IMG/VR virus record: IMGVR_UViG_3300042515_001753
Coordinates: 1-64,000 of that record
Reading direction: 5' to 3' (one strand)
Length of the DNA: 64,000 nucleotides
Both the position numbers and the translations under genes were made by a program. Under the pieces are notes generated by a model. The model was not told the origin of the DNA. It saw nothing but the letters and a program-made list of their open reading frames with translations, and made no database searches. How positions within the stretch are numbered: the stretch's first letter is position 1; each line of letters begins with the position of its first letter. This document shows, piece after piece, positions 1 to 9,988 of this stretch.

Positions 1-1
1 T

Positions 2-3000
2 ATTGAATATAATCTGCTTATTAATACCAGCAACAGGACCAATTAATCCTTGAAGACCTTGTGTTCCTTGAATACCTTGAAGACCCTGAAGTCCTTGTGT
101 TCCTTGAGTACCTGTACCTCCTGTTCCTCCAGCAGTACCTTGAAGACCCTGAAGTCCTTGTGTTCCTTGAGTACCTGTACCTCCTGTTCCTCCAGCAGTA
201 CCTTGAAGACCCTGAAGTCCTTGTGAACCAACTGTACCTTGTGAACCTACTGTACCCTGAAGTCCCTGAAGACCTTGAGTTCCTTGTGAACCTACTATAC
301 CCTGAAGTCCCTGAAGACCTTGAGTTCCTTGTGAACCTACTATACCCTGAAGTCCCTGAAGACCTTGTGAACCAACTGTACCTTGTGAACCTACCGTACC
401 TTGAGTCCCCTGAAGACCTTGAAGACCTTGAGTTCCTTGTGAACCAACTGTACCTTGAGTCCCCTGAAGACCCTGACGACCTTGAAGACCTTGAGTTCCT
501 TGTGCTCCTTGAGTACCCTGAAGTCCTTGAGTACCCTGAAGTCCTTGAGTACCTTGAGTACCTTGAGTACCCTGGAGTCCTTGAATACCTTGAGTACCTT
601 GAGTTCCCTGGAGTCCTTGAGTACCTTGGAGTCCTTGAGTACCTTGAGTACCTTGAGTACCTTGAGTACCCTGGAGTCCTTGTGTACCTTGAGTACCTTG
701 AGTACCTTGAGTACCCTGGAGTCCTTGTGTACCTTGAGTACCTTGAGTACCTTGAGTACCCTGGAGTCCTTGAGTACCTTGAGTACCTTGAGTACCTTGT
801 TGACCTTGAGTTCCTTGAGTACCCTGGAGACCTTGAGTACCTTGAGTACCTTGAGTACCTTGTTCTCCCTGAAGACCTTGAGTACCTTGTGTTCCCTGCT
901 GACCTTGAAGACCTTGAGTACCCTGGAGACCCTGAGTACCTTGTATTCCCTGTAGGGCTGCATCCTGAATTGTTGATTTATAAATTTGGTCAGTTGCATT
1001 ATCATAAATTAAAATCAAATCATCAGAAGTTACACTACTTGTAGATATTTGACCTTTAATCGCTTGTTTTGTAACAATACCATCAAGGTATGGAGAAGTT
1101 ACAGTAGTATCAGTAACTTGCATTCCACCAGCAGCAAGTCTTACTCCATAAGGAACTTGAGTTGAACCAATACCTACACCATAATTAAATAACCAAGCAT
1201 CAGTTCCAAGTCCAGAATAAGTTCCAGACCTAACCCACATTATTTGCTTGTAACTTTCTGGAAGTGTATTAGCAGTACCAACTTGGAATGGAACTAATGG
1301 GATTCCTTCGGTAGATGCAATAGCAATACCACCGTGATTTGCGGTCGTATCAGTCGGTAAAGATATTGTTGTTAAACCCAGGACAATTTCTTTGTCCTGA
1401 ACTCTTAGTTCTGTTGCACTAATATAAACTGATGTACCACCAATTGTTAGATTATTTTGAACATTTAAATCATAGACATTTAATTGAGTCCCATCAAAAG
1501 TTAAATTATTAGAACCAGTTGGATTATTAGAACCATCTTTATAAACAACTTGGTTTGCAGAACCTGCTACTGGACCGGTTTGACCTTGAAGACCCTGGAG
1601 TCCTTGTGTACCTTGAGTACCTTGAGTACCTTGAAGACCCTGGAGACCCTGAGCACCCTGAGCACCCTGAGTACCTTGAGTACCTTGAGTACCTTGAAGA
1701 CCCTGAAGTCCTTGAAGTCCTTGAAGACCCTGAGTACCTTGAGTTCCTTGTGAACCTACTGTACCTTGTAGACCCTGAGTGCCTTGAGTCCCCTGAAGAC
1801 CCTGAGTACCTTGAGTACCTTGAGTACCTTGAGTACCTTGAGTACCCTGCTCACCCTGTAGTCCCTGAGTACCCTGGAGTCCTTGTGTACCTTGAGTACC
1901 TTGAAGACCCTGGAGACCCTGAGCACCCTGAGCACCCTGAGTACCTTGAGTTCCTTGTGAACCTACTGTACCTTGTAGACCCTGAGTGCCTTGAGTCCCC
2001 TGAAGACCCTGAAGACCTTGAGTACCTTGAGTACCTTGAGTACCCTGCTCACCCTGTAGTCCCTGAGTACCCTGGAGTCCTTGTGTACCTTGAGTACCTT
2101 GAGTACCTTGAAGACCCTGAGCACCTTGAGTACCCTGCTCACCCTGTAGTCCCTGAGTACCCTGGAGACCTTGTGTACCTTGAGTACCTTGAGTACCCTG
2201 AGTACCCTGAGTACCTTGAGTACCTTGAAGACCCTGAGTACCCTGAGTACCTTGAGTACCTTGAAGACCCTGAAGTCCTTGAAGACCTTGAGTACCTTGA
2301 AGACCTTGAGTACCTTGGAGACCTTGAGTACCTTGAAGTCCTTGAAGACCCTGAGTACCTTGAGTACCCTGAGTACCTTGAAGACCTTGTATTCCCTGAG
2401 TACCCTGAGTACCTTGAAGACCTTGTATTCCCTGAGTACCCTGAGTACCTTGAAGACCTTGAGTTCCCTGGAGTCCTTGCTCACCCTGGAGTCCTTGAGT
2501 TCCTTGCGTACCTTGAGTACCTTGCGTACCTTGAGTACCTTGCTCACCCTGGAGTCCTTGAGTACCTTGCTCACCCTGGAGTCCTTGAGTACCTTGAGTG
2601 CCTTGATGACCTTGAAGACCCTGAGTACCTTGAGTGCCTTGATGACCTTGAGTACCTTGTTCTCCTTGAAGACCCTGAAGTCCTTGAGTACCTTGTTCTC
2701 CTTGAAGACCTTGAGTACCTTGAAGACCTTGAGTACCTTGTTCCCCTTGAAGACCCTGAGTACCTTGAGTACCCTGAGTACCTTGAAGACCTTGTATTCC
2801 CTGAGTACCCTGAGTACCTTGAAGACCCTGAAGTCCTTGAAGACCTTGAGTACCTTGAAGACCTTGAGTACCTTGTTCTCCTTGAAGACCCTGAAGTCCT
2901 TGAGTACCTTGTTCTCCTTGAAGACCTTGAGTACCTTGAAGACCTTGAGTACCTTGAAGACCTTGAGTACCTTGTTCTCCTTGAAGACCCTGAAGACCTT

Positions 3001-4720
3001 GTATTCCCTGAGTACCCTGAGTACCTTGAAGACCTTGAGTACCTTGTTCTCCTTGAAGACCCTGAAGTCCTTGAAGACCCTGAAGTCCTTGAAGACCTTG
3101 AAGACCTTGAGTACCTTGTTCCCCTTGAAGACCCTGAAGTCCTTGAAGACCTTGAGTACCTTGAAGACCTTGAGTACCTTGAAGACCTTGAGTACCTTGT
3201 TCCCCTTGAAGACCCTGAAGTCCTTGAAGACCCTGAAGACCCTGAAGTCCTTGAGTACCTTGAAGACCTTGCAACGCAGCATTTTGAATTGTTGCCTTTC
3301 CTACAACTGTCCCACTTACATCATAAAGAGCAATAAAGTCTCCACTCTGCGGATCGGCAATTAAAGGAAGACCATTAATATCAAGATTTGATGCAGTTCC
3401 ATTAAAACGAGTCGCAGTTACTTCAGTATCAGTAATCTGAACATTACCAACTGCCAAACGAACTCCATAAGGAACTTGAGTTGAACCAATACCAACACCA
3501 TAATTAAATAACCAGGCATCAGTATTCAATCCGGCAAAAGCACCGGACTTGAACCACATTATTTTCTTATATGTGGCAGGTAATGTTTCAATACCAACAA
3601 TATTGAGACTTACAAGAGGAGTTCCTTCGGTAGATGCAATTGCAATACCACCGTGATTTGCCGTTGTATCTGTGGAAACATCATTACCCTGAGAATCGGT
3701 TGTAAATCCAAGAATAATGTCCGCATCACTAACTCTAAAGTTTTCAACAAGAATATAACCTGCTGTACCACCAACAGTAATATTTCCAGTTACATTAAGA
3801 TTATTATTAACCTGTAAATCATTTCCAATCGTTACATTTCCAGGTAAAGTTGGATTTGTTGAAATTGAAACAACAGGAGTTGAACTTTCTCCCGTTCCTC
3901 CTGATACATAAATCTGATTTGCCGCCCCAGAAATTGTCTGAATATAATCTCCAAATGTATCAGTTCCTAACCCAACACTATTTGGTTGAATAGTTGCTGC
4001 TAATGATACATTACCAGTTCCATCAAAACTAATTGGAGAAGCAACAACATCTCCAGTAATTTCAAAAGTTCTTGGAGTGACTAATTGAATTGCAGATGCG
4101 GCAATGCCTGTCAAGCTGCCTACAAATCCACCAAGAGATGTAGTTATACCTGTAATATAAGCGTCTCCAGAAATAGTAATCCCAGATTCGGTTGTTTCAA
4201 GTTTTACATTATTATTATAATAAAGTTGAGCACCACCATTAGGATTAAAAATTGCGCTTGTAACTGTGGCAAAAGGATCCGCAATTTGAATGTTGTTGCC
4301 TAAAATATAAAGAGTAGATCCAGAAATATCACGAATTATTGAACTATTACCATTAGAATAAATCTCTAAATCTGGATTATCACCAAAATATAATCTATCA
4401 TTAGATCTAAAATATGCATTATTTTCAAATGTTGTAATTCCAGAAATAATTAAATCCGAATTAATACCAACTCTACCACCAAAAGTAGAAACTCCCGTTA
4501 CATTTAAATTATCTGCAGTAAGATCATCAAAAAATACATCATCGGTTACATATAAATCACCAACAATATTTGTATCACCAATAACTTTAAGAGAATATTG
4601 TTCGGCATTTGTCGTTCCAATACCTACCTTTCCCGTTACCTGAATAACAGTCTTATCTTCACTATAGGATGATAAACCTACTTTGAGTTCTCTTTGCCTA
4701 CCGCTGACGTACTTATCCAT
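2..4720 (-). CDS. Giant collagen-like tail fibre/virion protein, 3' end beyond window (>1570 aa)
   Basis: ATG at 4720 (MDKYVSGRQRELKVGLSSYSEDKTVIQVTGKVGIGTTN). Frame checked at 3280, 1576 and 949. Two long Gly-X-Gln blocks and VGIGT/GIGST fibre motifs. Absent from the ORF track, consistent with no stop inside the window. Confidence 0.85.
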   Translation of the reverse strand, partial: MDKYVSGRQRELKVGLSSYSEDKTVIQVTGKVGIGTTNAEQYSLKVIGDTNIVGDLYVTDDVFFDDLTADNLNVTGVSTFGGRVGINSDLIISGITTFENNAYFRSNDRLYFGDNPDLEIYSNGNSSIIRDISGSTLYILGNNIQIADPFATVTSAIFNPNGGAQLYYNNNVKLETTESGITISGDAYITGITTSLGGFVGSLTGIAASAIQLVTPRTFEITGDVVASPISFDGTGNVSLAATIQPNSVGLGTDTFGDYIQTISGAANQIYVSGGTGESSTPVVSISTNPTLPGNVTIGNDLQVNNNLNVTGNITVGGTAGYILVENFRVSDADIILGFTTDSQGNDVSTDTTANHGGIAIASTEGTPLVSLNIVGIETLPATYKKIMWFKSGAFAGLNTDAWLFNYGVGIGSTQVPYGVRLAVGNVQITDTEVTATRFNGTASNLDINGLPLIADPQSGDFIALYDVSGTVVGKATIQNAALQGLQGTQGLQGLQGLQGLQGLQGEQGTQGLQGTQGLQGTQGLQGLQGLQGEQGTQGLQGLQGLQGLQGLQGLQGEQGTQGLQGTQGTQGIQGLQGLQGEQGTQGLQGTQGLQGTQGLQGEQGTQGLQGLQGEQGTQGLQGTQGLQGLQGLQGTQGTQGIQGLQGTQGTQGTQGLQGEQGTQGLQGTQGLQGEQGTQGLQGLQGEQGTQGHQGTQGTQGLQGHQGTQGTQGLQGEQGTQGLQGEQGTQGTQGTQGTQGTQGLQGEQGLQGTQGLQGTQGTQGIQGLQGTQGTQGIQGLQGTQGTQGTQGLQGLQGTQGLQGTQGLQGTQGLQGLQGLQGTQGTQGTQGLQGTQGTQGTQGTQGTQGTQGLQGTQGLQGEQGTQGAQGLQGTQGTQGTQGLQGTQGLQGEQGTQGTQGTQGLQGLQGTQGTQGLQGTVGSQGTQGTQGAQGAQGLQGLQGTQGTQGLQGTQGLQGEQGTQGTQGTQGTQGTQGLQGTQGTQGLQGTVGSQGTQGTQGLQGLQGLQGLQGTQGTQGTQGAQGAQGLQGLQGTQGTQGTQGLQGLQGQTGPVAGSANQVVYKDGSNNPTGSNNLTFDGTQLNVYDLNVQNNLTIGGTSVYISATELRVQDKEIVLGLTTISLPTDTTANHGGIAIASTEGIPLVPFQVGTANTLPESYKQIMWVRSGTYSGLGTDAWLFNYGVGIGSTQVPYGVRLAAGGMQVTDTTVTSPYLDGIVTKQAIKGQISTSSVTSDDLILIYDNATDQIYKSTIQDAALQGIQGTQGLQGTQGLQGQQGTQGTQGLQGEQGTQGTQGTQGLQGTQGTQGQQGTQGTQGTQGLQGTQGTQGTQGTQGLQGTQGTQGTQGTQGLQGTQGTQGTQGTQGLQGTQGLQGTQGTQGIQGLQGTQGTQGTQGLQGTQGLQGTQGAQGTQGLQGRQGLQGTQGTVGSQGTQGLQGLQGTQGTVGSQGTVGSQGLQGLQGIVGSQGTQGLQGLQGIVGSQGTQGLQGLQGTVGSQGTVGSQGLQGLQGTAGGTGGTGTQGTQGLQGLQGTAGGTGGTGTQGTQGLQGLQGIQGTQGLQGLIGPVAGINKQIIFN
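35..949 (-). repeat. Collagen block 2, about 101 Gly-X-Y triplets
   Basis: Same 9-bp units, same frame as block 1. Confidence 0.95.
1571..3268 (-). repeat. Collagen block 1, about 188 Gly-X-Y triplets (mostly GTQ/GLQ)
   Basis: 9-bp unit (ccttgagta / ccttgaaga / ccctgagta) tandemly repeated. Confidence 0.95.
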
Positions 4721-4723
4721 TTT

Positions 4724-5071
4724 TTAGTTAAGAGTTTCGAGAATACTGGATACAAACTTAATATCAGTATTATTACTTGCAGATAATTTTAAAACATCAC
4801 TAGATTCAAGAACCAACTTTCCGGATAATAAATTTGCACTATCACTTGAGGAGATTGGATATGATTTAAGAAGTTCGGTAGTCACCGCAATTCCTGTTCT
4901 CTTATTAGTTCTTTGATGAGATAAAGAAACTATTTGAGTATCTGACCCTACATTTGTTGCCTGTGCCAAAAGAACAACACCAGTATATCCAACGGGTGCA
5001 GTATAAATTCCAACCGTGTTTGTTGACCCAACAGAAGTAATTGTTTTAAATATATTAAGTGCTAGTGCCAT
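4724..5071 (-). CDS. Small virion structural protein (hypothetical)
   Basis: 115 aa, beta-rich, between fibre genes. Confidence 0.6.
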   Translation of the reverse strand: MALALNIFKTITSVGSTNTVGIYTAPVGYTGVVLLAQATNVGSDTQIVSLSHQRTNKRTGIAVTTELLKSYPISSSDSANLLSGKLVLESSDVLKLSASNNTDIKFVSSILETLN

Positions 5072-5074
5072 TCT

Positions 5075-7240
5075 TTAATCTCCTCCTAGTGCTAAAATAA
5101 ATGGTGTAAGGGTCGAAAACAAACTCTTAGAATAAAATGTACCAGAGATAGTACCAGTCTGTTGATTAATTACAACACCATCACCAATTCTAAAGTTCCC
5201 AGATTGGTCCGTACTTGTAAATACAACTAATCCTCCATTACGAGCATCAGTTTCATTTTCCTGAATTGGAACACCACCAGTTGTAGGAAGAGCAGTTGCA
5301 ATTTCAGTACCAGAACCAATATATTCTAATGAATGCCCAGATGCCAAAATACGACTCTGTTTAAAAAATGGCACCTGAGTTCCGATTCCAACTTCATAAG
5401 GAACATTATCATTTACCGTAACAGTACAAATACCGGCAGAAATTGGAGTAGAACTTAAGATTGAATAATAAGTTGGAACCATTACGGGAACCGCTATTGC
5501 TGTATTTATCCCAACTTCAGGACCGGTTAATGTAACTGTCGGAGTAGAAACATATCCCCTACCACTAGAAACCATATCAATTGCAACCACCGACCCATCT
5601 TTAACTTCCGCAACTGCTTGTGCAGTAACTCCAAAATTAGTTTCTGGATCAGATATAGTAATTTCGGGAGAAACAGAATATCCAGACCCACCAATACTTA
5701 CCAATATTTTTTCTACTGTATAGAAAAGTTCACCAAAATAAATCACCTGACCGTCAAAGGGTCTTATGACATTAATCTTTGCAGTTCCACCAGAGGCATA
5801 AGTATGGGAAAATGTAGAAACTCCAGTATAAACTGAGAATGATGTAGATGAAGCAATACTCACGACTTCAAAAATGTATCCATAATTTCCAGAAGGAAAA
5901 TTGGAAATAGTGCTAATTGATACAATACCATTATTCACATAATTATGAGTAATTGTAGAAGTCCCTACATTTACCACAAACTGATTAGATGCCGGTATTG
6001 ATATTACATTAAAAATATGATTAGAAGCTCCATTATTATCTCCCGGTGCTGGTGGAAAATATGCCGTAGATATACCACCACCAGAATTACAAGAAAATAC
6101 CAAATTAGACATCGTAACACTGATACCAACAGTAAAATTATGATTAGTAGATGTCGTTACGGTCAAAATACCAGTCGTATTAGTATAATTTGCAGTACTA
6201 ATATTATAATTAGTAACTGCATTTACCGAAGAACAGGTAAATTTCAATCCGGAAATTGAAACTCCCATTCCAACATTAAAATTATGTGGAGCATTTAAAG
6301 TAATTGTAGAGAGTCCTGTAGTATTATTATAAAGTGCGTTTGTAACATTTAAAGTTGGAGTATTTAAATTCAATACAAAAGTATCTGAATTTTCTGCCGC
6401 AGCACTTGTGACTATTCCCGTATATTTCAAGGGTCCAATACCATCCGCAACTAGTCCAAAATTACCAAAAGAGGAGTTTGAGTTTGTAAGGTCACATGCA
6501 GCACCAGACCCACAAAAAACTGCAACATCATCGCAAATAGTAAAGAGAGAAACTAACTGAGCATATCCCTCATTGGTCATCGATGCTCCAATACCACCCT
6601 GATTATATTGAGTATAGGAGTCAAGAACCATACTCTTAGTTGGTCCTATGGCATCATTTCCATCAATCTTTAATCCAATACTGTTTGGAATAAAGTTTGT
6701 ACAGTTCTGAATATAAGGTGATTGATTGAAGTATCCAATCTCTACTGGATTAAAGGCAAAAATTGCACCAGTATTTGCAGGTCCAACAAAGGACATTTCG
6801 GCAATATAATTTCCATTACTTACATAAAAAAGGTCTGCTTGATTTTGTGGAGTGACGGAGACCTCTCTTAAACTATCCCCAACAATACTAACTTGTTCGG
6901 GAATCTTAATTGGATTATTTTCTATATAACTTCCAGCACTAACCTTAATAACAGTTCCTGTTGTTGCTGCCTCAACTGCTCCTCGGATGGTTCGTTTTGC
7001 GTCTCCGAGTTTTTTTCCTGTATTTGTATCGCTTCCGTCTGTTGTGACATATAAAATATTTGTTACTGTTGCTCCGGCGCCGATGCGGATAATATCAGTT
7101 CCTATTCCAGTACGGTCCCTCCTTGCGGTTAATTCACCATCATAAGTGTTGTAGGCTAATTCTCCACTTAAGAGATTCTCTATTGTAGGTCTTTTACCTG
7201 GAACAGCAGACCTTCTAATCCTAATGGGGGTTCCGTCCAT
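5075..7240 (-). CDS. Tail fibre/baseplate-associated structural protein
   Basis: N-terminal IRIRRSAVPGKRP..GELAYNTYDG, YVTTDGSDTNTG motif, SGxGY repeats; late promoter TATAAATA at 7293-7300. Confidence 0.7.
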   Translation of the reverse strand: MDGTPIRIRRSAVPGKRPTIENLLSGELAYNTYDGELTARRDRTGIGTDIIRIGAGATVTNILYVTTDGSDTNTGKKLGDAKRTIRGAVEAATTGTVIKVSAGSYIENNPIKIPEQVSIVGDSLREVSVTPQNQADLFYVSNGNYIAEMSFVGPANTGAIFAFNPVEIGYFNQSPYIQNCTNFIPNSIGLKIDGNDAIGPTKSMVLDSYTQYNQGGIGASMTNEGYAQLVSLFTICDDVAVFCGSGAACDLTNSNSSFGNFGLVADGIGPLKYTGIVTSAAAENSDTFVLNLNTPTLNVTNALYNNTTGLSTITLNAPHNFNVGMGVSISGLKFTCSSVNAVTNYNISTANYTNTTGILTVTTSTNHNFTVGISVTMSNLVFSCNSGGGISTAYFPPAPGDNNGASNHIFNVISIPASNQFVVNVGTSTITHNYVNNGIVSISTISNFPSGNYGYIFEVVSIASSTSFSVYTGVSTFSHTYASGGTAKINVIRPFDGQVIYFGELFYTVEKILVSIGGSGYSVSPEITISDPETNFGVTAQAVAEVKDGSVVAIDMVSSGRGYVSTPTVTLTGPEVGINTAIAVPVMVPTYYSILSSTPISAGICTVTVNDNVPYEVGIGTQVPFFKQSRILASGHSLEYIGSGTEIATALPTTGGVPIQENETDARNGGLVVFTSTDQSGNFRIGDGVVINQQTGTISGTFYSKSLFSTLTPFILALGGD

Positions 7241-7305
7241 TTATAACATTCGGTATTTACCAAAATTAGACAGTATATACTGCCATTTGATTTATTTATA
7301 AAACC

Positions 7306-7677
7306 TCAAGAAGCATTATTTTTTCTTGGACGATAGGCATAAAGATTTGTGGGTAATGGAGGTTTCATCCATTCTTGTATTTTATCAAATCGTTCTTCAC
7401 TATAAAAATCTTGCTGAACATACCACAGTTTCCAGTGCTCGTGCCCCTTAGATTGATTACAGGAATGGCAAGAGCATACTACATTCGTAGTAGTATCTAA
7501 TCCACCTTTTGATTGAGGAACTATGTGGTCTATTGTAAGATTATCTTCGGACTCACAATAGGCACACTTATGATTCCAACTCTCTTTGATATCTTTTCTC
7601 CATATTCGTTTAGCATCCCCAGAACTTGCTGTACAAAGATTAAACAGATACTCTTTAGGCGAATGGAGAGGTCCCAT
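7306..7677 (-). CDS. HNH endonuclease (McrA-like)
   Basis: CAYC..LTIDHIVPQSKGG..NVVCSCHSCNQSKG. Confidence 0.9.
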   Translation of the reverse strand: MGPLHSPKEYLFNLCTASSGDAKRIWRKDIKESWNHKCAYCESEDNLTIDHIVPQSKGGLDTTTNVVCSCHSCNQSKGHEHWKLWYVQQDFYSEERFDKIQEWMKPPLPTNLYAYRPRKNNAS

Positions 7678-7861
7678 AAGTTACTGCGACTTATGATTAT
7701 TTAGAGTTATTGAGATGGTTTCTTTTAGACAAATCCAAATATAACTAAACTGTTCGGATAATGTTGTCTTATGATTCATTCTTCTTTATTTCTTCCAAAA
7801 TTATAACCCCAATAAATGATATACAAATCAAAGAAAACATTAAACCAATTGATATTTTGCA

Positions 7862-8182
7862 TCATACCACAAAAGGTTTTTGTTGACCCTCGGGAAGTTT
7901 AATTTGTGGTAGTGATCTGTTAGGTCCATTTCCACCAGTTGAGATTGGACTTTCCCAAGAACTACCAACAGCACCTTGCACTACCTCATTCGTAGGAAGT
8001 GCTTTCGGCATTTCAATATCAATCACCTGACCCATCAGGAACTTATTTCTTAAGATTGACCGATTAGCAGGGTCAAAAGCAACCATTGCCAGTGCATCTT
8101 GTTCTTCACCACAGTCTAGGATTTTTCTACCAGTCTTAGTCTCAATGACGGAAAAATAATCTTCTGTATTATACTTTTTCAT
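7862..8182 (-). CDS. Hypothetical protein
   Basis: 106-aa ORF overlapping the upstream gene. Confidence 0.65.
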   Translation of the reverse strand: MKKYNTEDYFSVIETKTGRKILDCGEEQDALAMVAFDPANRSILRNKFLMGQVIDIEMPKALPTNEVVQGAVGSSWESPISTGGNGPNRSLPQIKLPEGQQKPFVV

Positions 8183-8402
8183 TATTTGGTTGCGAAGGAA
8201 TTACTGGATTACGATTGACATTCTTAATGACGATAAAAGCATCTTTTTGATAAGTAACAGTACCAAAAGGTTTAGACCACTTTGGATTTGCATCTGGATG
8301 AGTTGCAGTACCAGTTATGGCACAACCACCGACTTGTACTACAATCTCATCCGTTGGTTCCCATCCAAGTTCTGCGATGAGTTCGTTAATCCTTTCTATC
8401 AT
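8169..8402 (-). CDS. Hypothetical protein
   Basis: 77-aa ORF behind TTTACA-17-TATAAT (8425-8453). Confidence 0.65.
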   Translation of the reverse strand: MIERINELIAELGWEPTDEIVVQVGGCAITGTATHPDANPKWSKPFGTVTYQKDAFIVIKNVNRNPVIPSQPNNEKV

Positions 8403-8494
8403 TTTGCTTTTGAGTTCTTTCAGTATTATAGACCATTTTTATCGGTCTGTAAAGATTAGGCCAAGTATCTTGGATAATCTCTGCGAGGATATCA

Positions 8495-9199
8495 TCAATA
8501 CTTTTCCAAACAATATATGCCGTTCTTTTCAGTAATCGCAGAGCAAGTATCCACAAAATCACCACAACACATATAAGTGATTTTACCAAAGTTACGAATA
8601 TTTCCAGAATGTATATGCCCGCAAATTACACCAGAATATTTCTTATCTCTTTGGGCACAATAAGAAGCAATATCGGTCTCATATTGATTGATATAATTCT
8701 TTCCTCTTACAGTATTCTTGAGGAAATATACTAAAGAAAATCTAAAGAATCTTTCCAACCAAATACTTAAGGGTGTAATTAATTCATAACCTTTATTGAA
8801 CATTAATTGCTTCCAAGACCCAGAAGAGTACTCAGAATACTTATCTCCGTGAATACAAAGAAACTTATTTCCCTTTGAGTCCTTATGAATATACTCTTCT
8901 ACCATCTTAAAGTTCTTGTGTTCAAAGTCAGTATAACGACGAATCATTCCCTCGTGATTACCAAGAATATAAACAATCTCGGTTCCTTTCTTTGCGAGAT
9001 TGAGTATTTGATGAACGCATTCAGTATGTTCCTTTTTCCAAAGAGTATTATATTTTTCCATACAGTAGATGTCTATAATGTCACCTACCAGAACTAACTT
9101 TTTGGTTTTGAGTTCTTTCAGAAACTTAAGAAACTTTTCGGTATTACATCTTGGAGTTCCTAAATGCACATCTGAAACAAATACCGTATCGTAAGTCAT
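8495..9199 (-). CDS. Calcineurin-like metallophosphoesterase (LpxH-like)
   Basis: SDVHLG, GDIID, GNHE, HGD, GHIH motifs. Confidence 0.85.
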   Translation of the reverse strand: MTYDTVFVSDVHLGTPRCNTEKFLKFLKELKTKKLVLVGDIIDIYCMEKYNTLWKKEHTECVHQILNLAKKGTEIVYILGNHEGMIRRYTDFEHKNFKMVEEYIHKDSKGNKFLCIHGDKYSEYSSGSWKQLMFNKGYELITPLSIWLERFFRFSLVYFLKNTVRGKNYINQYETDIASYCAQRDKKYSGVICGHIHSGNIRNFGKITYMCCGDFVDTCSAITEKNGIYCLEKY

Positions 9200-9284
9200 A
9201 AAGAGTTATGGTTTTATCTTATGTATTATAGCAGAGACATTATGAAAAGGAACACTCCGAATGCTATGAATGCTGCGAGGATTG

Positions 9285-9905
9285 TTAGCATCTTTCTATA
9301 AATGAAATTACTTCTTGAACTGGTAAAGTATCTATAAAGTGTTCGGTCATTCCACGACCCATACTCATTTCATTTAGTGGTGCCTTATATGAAGAAAAAT
9401 GATTAAGAACTTTCCTTTCCAAGTTCCAAATATCTATGGACTTCCCAGACCATTCTCCAATCAGTTCTGCGGTTTCTTTTTTACGATATAACCAACCCTT
9501 ATAAGACCTACCGACTTTATACTTACCATTATGGAGTTTTATGAAATAGAGTTTGTCTGGATGCTCTGGGTCTTTACATACCCACCCGATTGATTGTGGA
9601 TATGGTTTTCCTTTTCTAGGACTAACTTTTCCAGTATTTGCTTTTTTGGTTGCTTCTATTGCTTTTTGAGAACAAGATTTTCCATAGTTTGGATTATTTT
9701 CTCCAGCATAACTTCTTCTTTTACTTATAACTCTTTCAGCAAAATCTGGTGCTTGTGCCGGATTTCCATAGTCATTACGAATACGAATTTTTACACCACA
9801 TTCCTTAAGAACTTTACTGACCTTATGATGAGAGATGTTAAGTTGTTTAGCAACATCTCTCATTTTCATACCAGAATTATATAAATCTATTATTTCATTT
9901 ACCAC
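9285..9905 (-). CDS. Putative free-standing homing endonuclease (HTH + NUMOD3 + GIY-YIG-like C-terminal domain)
   Basis: N-terminal HTH, GENNPNYGK, LYFIKL..YKVGRS..LERKVL..GMTEHF; late promoter 9929-9936. Confidence 0.65.
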   Translation of the reverse strand: MVNEIIDLYNSGMKMRDVAKQLNISHHKVSKVLKECGVKIRIRNDYGNPAQAPDFAERVISKRRSYAGENNPNYGKSCSQKAIEATKKANTGKVSPRKGKPYPQSIGWVCKDPEHPDKLYFIKLHNGKYKVGRSYKGWLYRKKETAELIGEWSGKSIDIWNLERKVLNHFSSYKAPLNEMSMGRGMTEHFIDTLPVQEVISFIERC

Positions 9906-9935
9906 AACTTCTATACCAAAGTTATAACTATTTAT

Positions 9936-9961
9936 AAAAAAAGGAACTTCGAAGAGTTCCC
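9936..9961 (-). terminator. Intrinsic terminator after psbA
   Basis: GGAACT-CTTCGA-AGTTCC followed by T-tract. Confidence 0.8.
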
Positions 9962-9988
9962 TTATTATACCATTATTTGGTTTTTATA

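Noticed and set aside
43-3364. Long LEY-, LST- and KVL-repeat ORFs in the ORF track
   Set aside because: Shadow frames of the 9-bp collagen repeat; the real frame is Gly-X-Gln on the minus strand from 4720
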